The notes under the pieces were generated by a model. It saw only the letters and a program-made list of their open reading frames with translations, had not been told where the DNA came from and ran no database searches. From assembly GCA_964234715.1 (NCBI GenBank), contig OZ174275.1: 64,000 nucleotides of DNA; one strand, written 5' to 3'. The translations under genes were made by a program, and so were the position numbers. Positions 1 to 11,300 of the stretch are shown here, piece by piece. The stretch's first letter is position 1, and each line of letters starts with the position of its first letter. Source of the DNA: Podarcis melisellensis (taxonomy: Eukaryota).

Positions 1-119
1 ACTACAGCAGAGCATTGATTTGAATCCAGGTTACCTTGAGCCTAGCCTGACTCTTTTTTGATTTATTTGTGCATTTTCTTTGATTTATAATAAAATTATC
101 AATTTTGGCTTTGCTTTAG

Positions 120-718
120 ATTGGTGTGAATGTTCCAATTCCAGTGCCTTTGCCAATGTTCTCCTTCACTGGCTCTCGCGGGTCTTTCAGGGGGGACACC
201 AATTTCTACGGCAAACAGGTAATGCGTTCAGGTTGTTTTTTAAGATATATATTATGATGCATGCTGCAGCAAACCAGGAGGAGCCAATGAAGGAAAGAAA
301 ACTTGTAGGAGATAGACAAAGGGAAGGCTTATCAGCATGCTATATTTCTGACAAGAAGAGAAAATGAGCAGGAACTTTCCAGGGAAAATATATTTTCCTT
401 GTGGCAGGTGTGGAGAACCTATAGGACTCCAGATGTTGCTGACAACAACTCTAATTATCTCTGACCATGGGCCATGCTGCCTGGGGTTGATAAATTTGGA
501 GTCCAACAAAGTCAAAAGGACTGCAGGTTCCCCTGCAGCCTTATGGTTAAAACTAAAACCAGCAATTCTGCAGCACCAATTGATATAAACATCTGACTCT
601 TTGTCCCTTTCAGGGGGTACATTTCTACACACAGCTGAAGACAATCACTTCTCAGTGGAAGGAGGAAGATGCTACTGATGCCAAGCCTGCCGTCGTTATG
701 CCAACCATGGGGAACTAA
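120..718 (+). CDS. ALDH6A1: Methylmalonate-semialdehyde dehydrogenase, last two coding exons (gene begins upstream of window)
   Basis: Exons 120-218 ([33 protein letters not shown]) and 614-718 ([34 protein letters not shown]). Canonical AG/GT boundaries; matches the recalled ALDH6A1 C-terminus; expected syntenic neighbour of BBOF1. Confidence 0.96.
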
Positions 719-1911
719 AGCACCTTGTTAAATTTGCTCAAGATGCTGCTGAAAGTATTCTTCACCCACTGATGCAAGCTGCTCTTGGATATTCCCTGTT
801 GCCATTGTTGCCCTAGAAATAACAAAGATTGCTTCATTTCAGGCTCTGCATTTAAAATCAAATTGGCCAGGGCCCTTTAACACAAAATTTAGATTTTTTT
901 TTCATCTACATACTGGCTAACCCAAGGTATTTTCTTTAATTCTAGGGAAAATAATCTGTTGTGTGTAAACAGACAAAATCAGCTTCTCTTGTCCCACTCA
1001 TGCAACCTAGTGCTGAGAAACCAGACTATTTTTCATGGGATGTTAGTGTTTAAGAATCAATTGCTGCAGTTACTGCTGTTTCTCTGTTCACAGCTGGTAT
1101 GTCCTGCTGTCAGAATCTAATTCAGCTTTCCCCCGCAATAAACTTTGGATACTTCAGAGAAACAGATTTACTCATTACAGGATTGAGCAGTAAATGTGCA
1201 GGTACTCAACTTTAATAAGTAGTCTCCAAGAATCTCACACACAGAAAATAGCTGTTGCAAAGAGACAGTGAAACCTTACCAGCGGGAGCTTTAGTTCCCA
1301 TGATGCATCGAAACAGCATGCAAGCTGCTTTAAAGCGGACAGATTTTCTACCTTAACACAGCAATGTGCCTATACGTCATTTATGCACTAAATATTTTTG
1401 GAACCAAAACATGTGTGATCTTTGCTTCTGGGGCTGCTAGACCATCATGGCATCAAAAATAATAAGCCTTCATAAAGATGCAATTGGTTCTATCAGTCTA
1501 GCTTTCAGGGGGCTATTACTTCCCATTGCACTAGTGCAAAGGAGAATTGTAGGTTCTGGGGCTATTTAAAGGCAGTCCTGTATAGTGGGAGTACATACAA
1601 CTTGAGATGACATCTTGAACTGCACAGCAGTGTGATCTGCATAGGTTAGCTGTGAGTGATGCGGTCATGGGATGGGGAGGGATAAACTATCTGGCTTCAT
1701 AGGGATGTTAAGTAGCATAAGAAAACTTGCTCAAAGTCCTTTCTTCCACTTTGAAACCATGCAGTGATTTTTTAAGTTGTCTAATGAAACAAATTGGACC
1801 CATTTGATATTCTGCCTTTTGTAACCAGCAAGCGCTTAAACTGAAAACGGTAATGAATAATTGAATTGATTAATACTCTGTATGTTGTGTCTTACATTGG
1901 TGTTAATCATG

Positions 1912-1928
1912 AATAAATGGCTATTAAA
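1912..1928 (+). terminator. Candidate ALDH6A1 polyadenylation signals (AATAAA 1912-1917, ATTAAA 1923-1928)
   Basis: Canonical hexamers about 1.2 kb downstream of the stop codon, followed by T-rich sequence. Confidence 0.45.
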
Positions 1929-2085
1929 TTCAGAATCCTTCTGATTTTCTTCAGGAAAACAATCTAATAGCACAAATCCCCTTGAACCCATTGACTTCAG
2001 CAAGCTAAAGCTTTGAATTGAATTAAGGCAAAAATCAGAAAGTTTCGCCTTATCAAAAAGGGCTTTGAACGAAATGCCCTCCTTT

Positions 2086-2091
2086 TTTATT
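2086..2091 (-). terminator. Candidate BBOF1 polyadenylation signal (AATAAA on minus strand)
   Basis: TTTATT at 2086-2091, about 260 nt downstream of the BBOF1 stop. Confidence 0.45.
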
Positions 2092-2348
2092 TCAGAATAC
2101 AGTTATACAATACAAAGACTTTAAAATGAAACAAATGTTACCAAGAAATAGGATTCCATCTTGCAAGAAAGCATTAGTGAATTTTTAAAAAAGAAAGTCA
2201 AGTTGCCTTGAAAGAATAATTGAAGTAGTAAATTGAAATGTATAGAAAACATTTGAATTTCATCACTGCAGCATTATTTGCCTGATAGACCTGGAGCCCA
2301 TGAAGAAAGGTGGCTTTCATTATATATTTTTCTTGATTAGCAGCCATC

Positions 2349-5300
2349 TTAGTTGGATTGTGGTGGTATAACCTGAATATCTGGAAGGGATGAGCCTTTA
2401 CGAGGTGACTCTGATAGTGGTGCCTGCTGAGTGATGAACGCATAGACAGGAATTGTATCATCAGTGCTGTAATGGAAAGACAGTAAGAAAAGATCAGCAT
2501 TAGCACATACATTCGTCCAGATAAGCCTAACAATTGCCCTCAGTGTATTACACTTTCCATCTCAATGGTACTCAAGATTTCAGCAGCAAATCTTTTCACA
2601 TTTAGGCTATAGGCCCAAACACACCCACACTTTTAGGGATGTTTCCCCTAATAGAACTGTCTCTCCTGCTCTGAAAACGGTTCTGCTGTGTTTAGATCTT
2701 TGTGGGGGTGATCCTAGATCAGGGGTCAGCAAACTTTTTCAGCAGGGGGCCAGTCCACTGTCCCTCAGACCTTCTGGGGGGCTGGACTATATTTTGAAAA
2801 AAGTAATAATGAACGAATTCCTGTGCCCCAGAAATAACCCAGAGGTGCATTTTAAATAAAAGCACACATTCTACTCATGTAAAAACACCAGGCAGGCCCC
2901 ACAAATAACCCAGAGATGCATTTTAAATTAAAGGACACATTCTACTCATGTAAAAACATGCTGATTCCCAGACCGCCAGCGGGCCGGGATTAGAAGGTGG
3001 TTGGGCTCGATCCAGCCCCCAGGCCTTAGTTTGCCTACCCATATCCTAGATAGTTGACAACAAAGGTCCTGGCCGATACTAAGGATGTCTTCCTGTGGGT
3101 AATGTCCTCAGCCATGCACATTGGAGGTACTGTGCCCTTGTCTCCATTTTCAACCTATTTTGCAGCCGTGTACCTTAGGCCAGCTGTTAGCTGGAACTCC
3201 AAAGACTTCCCATTTTGTTGAGGAGATTGTGTACAAGGAGATTTCCTCAAACCTTGCAAATTTAGGGGTTAATTGTGTCTGCTACCTTTCCCCCAGGAAC
3301 TTGAGATTGAGGATTTTCTGATTTTCCAGGGTTGCTCCCATGGTCCATGTCCTCCTCAATGTCCTCAAAACAGCTAGGAGGTTGAGCTGTTTGGGGCACA
3401 GAAGGGGGAGCCTGCCTCTAGCTGCTTCCCCCCCCCCCACTCCTTTCTCTGAAGGGACGAGACTATCAAGACCAAGTTGTGGCACTTGCCGTGATCTAAT
3501 AATTGTAGCCTAATAGCTGCACAAACATCATGAAGAAGGAAAATCAGTTGCTGGACTTCCCCAAACCCCATGCAAGTCAACAAAGAGGTGATAAGTAGGC
3601 CAGATTGAAAACAGATAATAAACCCAGTTCCCCTGCAAGGGAAAAAGTACTGTATTTCTCAGTGTGTAAGAGAAAAAAAGAGTGTATACAGTGCCTTTAA
3701 AATGCCATTTATAGATAGGTAGCCGTGTTGGTCTGCCATAGTCAAAACAAAAAAAATTCCTTCCAGTAGCACCTTAAAGACCAACTAAGTTAGTTCTTGG
3801 TATCTGAAGAAGTGTGCATGCACACGAAAGCTCATACCAAGAACTAACTTACCGTAGTTGGTCTTTAAGGTGCTACTGGAAGGAATTTTTTTTGTTTTAA
3901 AATGCCATGTTCTGGAACAGAGCATAGCAGTGGGGGATAAAGTAGCCCTGAGCTGTTTTTCTTTCTTTCTAAATGTTTATAGAGCCGCATGACTCCACAG
4001 TAGTAATAATAATAATAATAATAATTTATTATTTATACCCCGCCCATCTGGCTGGATTTCCCCAGCCACTCTGCGCGGCTTCCAACAAAATATTAAAATA
4101 CAATAGTCCATCAAACATTAAAAGCTTCCCTAAACAGGGCTGCCTTCAGATGTCTTCTAAAAGTCTGGTAGTTGTTTTTGACATCTAGTGGGAGGGCACT
4201 CCACAAGGTGGGTGCCATTACCGAGAAGGCTCCGTGCCTGGTTCCCTGTAACTTGGCTTCTCACAGCAAGGGAACTGCCAGAAGGCCCTTGGGACCTCAG
4301 TGTCCGGGCAGAACGATGGAGGTGGAGACGCTCCTTCAGGTATACTGGACCGAGGCCGTATAGGGCTTTAAAGGTCAGCACCAACACTATAGGACTTTAA
4401 AGGTCATCACCAACACTCCCAACAACCAACTGTGCTCGGAAACGTACTGGGAGCCAATGGAGGTCTTTCAAGACTGGTGTTATGTGGTCTCGGCAGCCAC
4501 TCCCAGTCACCAGTCTAGCTGCCGCATTCTAAAGACAGTCTGCATTTTTATTATAAATGGTTTTCGGTTCAATGGGGGGAAAGCATTTCTTATTATTTCC
4601 CTTGTCATAGTCTTACCCTCCTTTCCTATTTCCACCTCATAGCATTCTCTCAAGACAGAGTCATGTCCGTTTCTTTCTATACTCCCATTTCTTCTGCATC
4701 CCCATCTGTTACCCTCCCTCCCTCCTCCACAGGTCTCTCTGCATCCTATTGGACCTCTCTGTCTCTTTTTTTCTCTAATTAGAGTCTACATCTCCATCTC
4801 TCAGCAACCCTGCTTTTTTCTTCCTTTGTGGCCATCTTCCATATCTACCTTTCTTTCACTGTGTAAATTGCTGGAAGAGTGTTGCCTTGTGTCTGTTGAT
4901 ATCAAACTCAATGAAGGAGTCAGACATGAACTAGCTACAACATGCTGGAAAAGATAATGCTAATTCCATCACATATATCCAAAAAGATAGAAAGTGAAGA
5001 TGTAGTAATACAAGCATTCTATCTCCTACCTTATTTTCTGTGGCTTTCGGTTGGACCTAGTCTGTCTTACATGACACTGGCAGGATAGATCTTCCCATGC
5101 TGGCAGGGTAACATGGGAATCGCCCATGCAAGTACTAGCTACCAATGCCCTTTCCGGAAAGTGGGACAGTGCTACAAAAAGAACTACTAAGTCACTAGAT
5201 AAATACAAATTCTCTTACCCAGCGTTCTTTGGTTCTACTAAATTTATTGTGTCTGGAGTTATGGGAACCAAAGCTTGACCGTATTTCCTATAAAACAGAA

Positions 5301-8300
5301 ATGACAGCAAAAATCATTCAGTTCCCATTTCTGTCATTTTCCTTGTGATGAGAGTTGGATGAAAAGAAAGCAGACACTGATCTGTTATCAAGCATTTTGT
5401 CTCTCCTCTGCCCAGAACTCCCAGAGTCAATGCTATTCTGTGACCCTGCAAAACTTTGGGGGAATCATTGACTCTGCAATGAATCTACACACCTGAACTT
5501 CTGTTCCATTTTCTCCTCCTGAATAGTAAGTTAGTTTGCACTTTATTTCAATACTATGTGTCAGAATGCGCTAGTAACTAAGGCTGTGAGCCTAACCATG
5601 TCTACTCAGAAGTTGGTCCCACTGAATTCAATGGAGCTCACTGCTACTTATTGCCAGATAAGTGGGATTCGAATCACTGCTTAAATTTTCAAAACTAGAG
5701 AAAATACTTGACAATTCTGCCATTTTAAATTTTAGTACTTCTTAATAAAATCTGGATACCCATTTCCCCCATTAGCTAGTTAGGACCTGTACAAGAAAAA
5801 GGAACACAGAAATATTTTTCCAAGCTACTCTTTCCTATTTGCATTCTTGCTCTAATGCAGAGCATGACATCCAGTAGCATCCATCCTTTTCAACAGTGGA
5901 GGCAGGACTTGCAGAAGCTTCCATCTTCTGCTTGCAGGAGTTAACATCTCTTTTTTGTCCTGAGTATGCTAGGAAAGCAGGGCAGCTAGAATTTCTCATT
6001 CTCAGGCCTAGTGGTTCTAATTCAATCAAAAGCAAAATATGGTATTTACATTCTGCAAACCCCTCCTTCCAAAAAAATCTGGTTTAGCTAGTGAAAGTTC
6101 CAGTTTCAACATTTCCTCCCCCAAAACCACCAGAGGAGTGTTTCCAACTACCCTTCGGAAGCCCTGCAAGTTACTGCAGGAAAGGAACTATGAGCGATCA
6201 CGTGAAAGGGATATTTCTAGGACCAAGCAGAAACTATCAAGCTCTCTTGTTATTTTTTGCCATTGCAAATTCTTTGTTAATGCCATTAGTTATTATATTA
6301 GTACTGAAATGTTGTGTTTTTCATTTGTTATATTTTGCTATTATGTTGTTATGAAATTGTTCCTTTGATGTTGACTTTTGTTATAAGTCACTTTGAGCAT
6401 GATTCTTTTTGTGGACCGTTTCTCAAGGGTTTCCGTTTGGCGAACAAGTGCTGAACTGAGAAATGGGCAGCTACCAAGTGGGTGAGCCCTAAGGATTCTA
6501 TAGCCCTTGCTCACTGTAACAGACTGGACTTTACCGTTGTTTAAGGCCATTCATTTTTGCAAAGAGTAGCCTCAGCACACTCTCCTTCTGCTCCCAGGTC
6601 AAATCAGAAATGTCCAGTTTTCCTTTCTGAATATTTGTCCTACAGAAAAAAATATAAAATCAAGAAATCAGTACCTTACGAGCATAAATCTACAAATATA
6701 TACCCTAAATGACTGTGTCCTAGATCAGTTGGTCACTGAACTGAAGGAGGAGGAAGTGACCCTGGACTTAATCTTAAGGGGCATCCAAGAACTGGTGTGA
6801 TTGGGAACAGTCATTGTGCCACTAATGAATCCAATATATGTGCAAATGAACAATTGCCAAAGTCCAACGCATCACATTTGACTTCAAAAAGAAGCTTCTA
6901 AAAAATTAGGGGACTCGTAAAAACCTCAATAATAGCAGCTTAGATCAGGAAAGACACCACCAAGGTTCTCCTGGAGGTGCAACCATAAAACCGCTAGCAC
7001 GTTTGCAAAATGGACAGTCCGGTATGGTTTCAAATTAGATGGGGAACCATGTGTTGAGATTTCAGCACTGCAGGGGGATTGGGACTAGATGCCCCTCGGG
7101 ATGCCTTCCAACTCCACAATTCTATGATTCTTAGGCCAAGATGGTGCCACTGCAATTAAGGAGCAACTTCAAGGAAGCTATTAGATTCAAGAAGGAATAT
7201 TTCTGGGGGGAAATGGGCCAAATGAGAAAAAAAGGAAATCAAACTTCAGCCAAAAAAATAAAAAGCAAGCAGATGGCAAGGAATGTCCCCAAATAAATAA
7301 ATTTAAAAATGCATTTACATCTAACAATAAAAAGTATGTAAATTAAAAGTAGAAGCCAGCTGGACCTTTAGACTACAAGGGTGTCAAAGTGTGCAGGTGG
7401 AAGAAAGGGAAATCATAGAAAAGCTTTTGCTGCGGAAGATGTAATGCAAGCACTTGCACCTGAACTAACTTTATCAGGAAAGGACTCTGAGGGACTAAGG
7501 CAAATGGTGGTGACAAGAGACAAAGGTATTATGGACAAAATAAAAATGATCACCTGATCCAGATGGCATCCAACTAAGAGTTCTTAAAGACCCCAAACTG
7601 CTGATCTTGTAACAAAAATATGTAGTTTGTCATTAAGACTGGTACTGTATCTGTGTTTGAGGACTGGAAAGTGGTCAATGTAACACCAATGTTTAAGAAG
7701 GGATCCAGGAAATTACAGGCAGGTTAGCTGAACATCTGTTCCAGGAAAACTGGTGGAAAAGGTATTAAAAATAACATTATAGTATACAGAAGAACAAGCC
7801 TTGCTCAAGAAGATTCAGAGCTCTTTGAGAGCATCTTGAAGCATGTGAATAGGGGTGATCCAGTAGACACAGTGTGCTTGGACTTTATCAAAAGCTTTTG
7901 ATAAAGTACCTCGTCAAAGATTTGGGTAAGCTTAACAGTCATGGGATAAGAGGACAGGTCCTCTTACAGATCAGTAACTGCTGGGGGGAAAACAGGAAGC
8001 AGAGAAGAGGAATAAATGGATAGTTCTTCAAATGGAGAGATGGAAGAAGCAGAGTCCTTCAGGGATCTGTATTGGAAGCAGTGCTTTTTAAACTTATTCA
8101 TCGTGATTTGGAGTTGGGGTGACATCCAATAGTTCAGGTCGGCAAAAACAAACAGGACAAAGGGATTGTGAGGAACTCTAATAGGTTCTTCCTAAACTGG
8201 GTGAAGAGACATTAAAATGGCATATGCAATTTAAGTACCACGTGAAGTGATACACACTGGAGAAAGAAGTCCTAACTTCACATATCTGCTTATGTGGTCT

Positions 8301-11300
8301 GAACCAGTGGTGCCTAATCACAAGAGAGTTTTAGGATCATGACATTAAGAGCTGTTTTGACAATAGAATTGACTACCTGAGAAGGTGATGGACTCTCCTT
8401 CATTGGAGACTTTTAAACAGGGATAAGATAACTACCTGTCAGGGATTTCTTAGTTGTGTTTCCAGCATTACAGAGGGTTAGATTAGATGACCCTTTAGAT
8501 CCCTTTCAACTCTACAATTATATGGCTCTATCTCCTTACTCTTGTGCTGCAGTAAGCTTCTCTATCTGGCTTCCAGGTTTCTCTCCAGGCAATGCCTCTC
8601 CTTGGATATTTTGGCCAGGATGGAATGTGCCCTTAAATTCTGACAGTGCATTTCGCTTGCCAGAATACAGGATAGAGAGGGTGTGTGAAGAAACTAGCTT
8701 ATTGTACAAAAGTAAAATTTTCATTTGTCACTCCACCCACTTTACCTTTGGCTCCACTCACTACTGGCATGTGGGCCCAGAAGGTTGCCAAGAAAGAAAT
8801 GTGTCTCAGGCTAAAAAGAGATCCCTACCCCAGCCCTGTCCTAAGACAGTCTAAATTGAGGTGTGCTATTTCGCAGGGATTTTTACACACTTTCTGTTTC
8901 TGGCAGCCAGGGCCACCAGAAATAAAACTTCTACAGTTCTACCACATGTACCATTTCTCTGCTTCCAGAAGGTCCATTTGTACACTATTTGTGCTGTGCT
9001 CATTGTTGTTAAAGGTTCTGATTTTAGGGTATTCATCTTTCCCTGCATATGCTGCCATCATTTTTCTCTGATATGCATCTTGAGCCACCTGCTTGTAGCA
9101 CTTTCTGCTGGTTATGATCTCCTGTTTCACCTGCTCCAGAGCATCTAAGAAGAACTTCTCCACCTCAGTCCTTTGGTCCAGGATATTTCTGGCCAGTTTC
9201 TTCACTCTGCTCATCTCTCGTTCCTTCATTTCCAGCAACTGCTGCAGCTTTGCAATTTCTGTCTGGCCTGCCTGGTTCTGCATCAAAGCCTTCTGTTGGG
9301 TACTTTCAACTTCAGTTTTAAATTCTCGGGTCATATGATAAACAGCTTCTTCCAGTTTTTTCACCTTGTTTTGCAGGTCCTGGATCAGGGCTTTCTGCTG
9401 AGTAATTTGCCGTATCTTTTCGTGAACTAACAATTCATTGGTTTCCTTTAAAAATAAATAAATAAAATTACTTGCAAGGTAATACTGTTTGAAAGCTGTC
9501 TTTTGATTATCAAAGCTTTCAAACAATTAAAATTCTTGAAACGGTTATAAACAAAATTGAAAACTTCAATGGATCACAGACTAGATTAAAATTTGTCCTG
9601 CTTGCAACATTCACCAATCTCAGATAGGCAGATTAAAGAGTCCACTGCTGAGCAGCTTCAACCCATGCTCAATCTGATAAAAACAAACTTAACATAAGCT
9701 TTCTCTTCTAGTTAATATGCAAAACTAGTGCATATTTGTATTTTGGAGCAAAACTACTATAGGTTTCAGGTTAGCCACAGGTAGTTGAAACGGACAATGT
9801 TCAATTGGAATGACTAATTTATGTTTAAATCTAGAACTTTCACAATAGTGATGGGATTTGGACTAATGTTAAAACTATTCTGGCTCTGATATATGACCAT
9901 AATAATAAATAATGGGTGGAATTCAATGCTGTGCTTCTTCTATTGTTCAGTCTGCACAAGCAGCAGCCTGCCAGATGGAACGATCCTGCCTCCCCCATGC
10001 ACTGTTCTGGGGTTCTCCTGTCTGCCAGCTCAGAGCCAATTTGGGATGGTTGGGAAGAGGGAGCCCAATCGCAAGTGGGTTGAGCTGCTTAGGTAAATCC
10101 CACCCACTGAATATATCCCAAAATCTCAAAATACCGAAGGAGAAAATATAGAACATGGTCTTCAGTGGACACCTATTCATGCATTACTGGTGTGTAAGGC
10201 ATGCTCAAGGCCCACAACATGACCACACCCCTGAAATTACATCCCCAGGCTGCATAACCAATGTCCACATGTTGAATGGTATCTGAAAATGATTCCATAT
10301 GCACAAGCTGCTGTTCAAATACAAGGATCCACGTGATCAGGACACTTACACAACCAGATGTACTATTGACATCTAGGTGCCACATATAGGTGTAACAGCA
10401 GCTGCTCCCATGTTTGCATTCCTTTGAATGCAGATAAAGGCTAGATAAAGACTAGCCTGGGAACAAGTCATCAGCCCTGCCCCTGTTTCAACACGAGTGC
10501 CCTACATGCAAGTAACATGTGAATTGGTGTTAGAAGCCTTTTCATAACAGAACAGGAGCTTTAGCTTCCCAATATACCACCAAATGTTAAGTGATTTTGG
10601 CATAGATATGGAGAGATACTAGCTCTCATGAACCTGCACAAATAGAATTTCAAGGGATCTTATGTATAGGATAATGAAAAAGGTAAGAAGTCATAAACCT
10701 AACCTTCTCCTGCAAGAGAAAGGCATTTTTCTCCTCCAATTTTTGCTTGGCTTTTTGTAACTCTTCTGTTTCCTTCATGTGGTATCCAAGAGCCTCATGA
10801 AGACGAACATTCTCTGAAAAAACAGCTTTTCCAGCAGCATCCAACTGCCTGAATAAATGTAAAGACTATTCAGCAGTTGGAATCACAAATTTCCTGTATT
10901 AATCACAATACGTCACAGTGCACAAGCTGTAGATACAAAACAAACAGATGGAGACAGCATTCATGGGTGTGTTAAGGCTGCTTTGGGTCCAGCATCATAT
11001 TTACTTATCAGAAACAAAGCACCCATGTGGATATCCTAGGAATTACCATACTTTAGTACCTTCACAATGGTTAAAGAACAGAGAAATCAAGTAAGTCTTA
11101 CATAATGGCTTCATGGTGAGCCCTTTCTGCTAGCATATAAATCTTCTTCTCTGCTTCTCTTTCAAGTCGTTGCTGAAAGAAGCATAAACAGATATTTTGC
11201 AATGAAAATCAGGCATAAAGCAGCATTCACATTTCAAACGTATGTGAAGGAAGTGTTCACCACTTCTGTGTTATAGAAAATGACAAAAGGTTGCACTGTG

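Noticed and set aside
4157-4400. ORFs resembling a small gene (also 54326-54697)
   Set aside because: Remnants of L2 ORF2 C-termini, not host genes.
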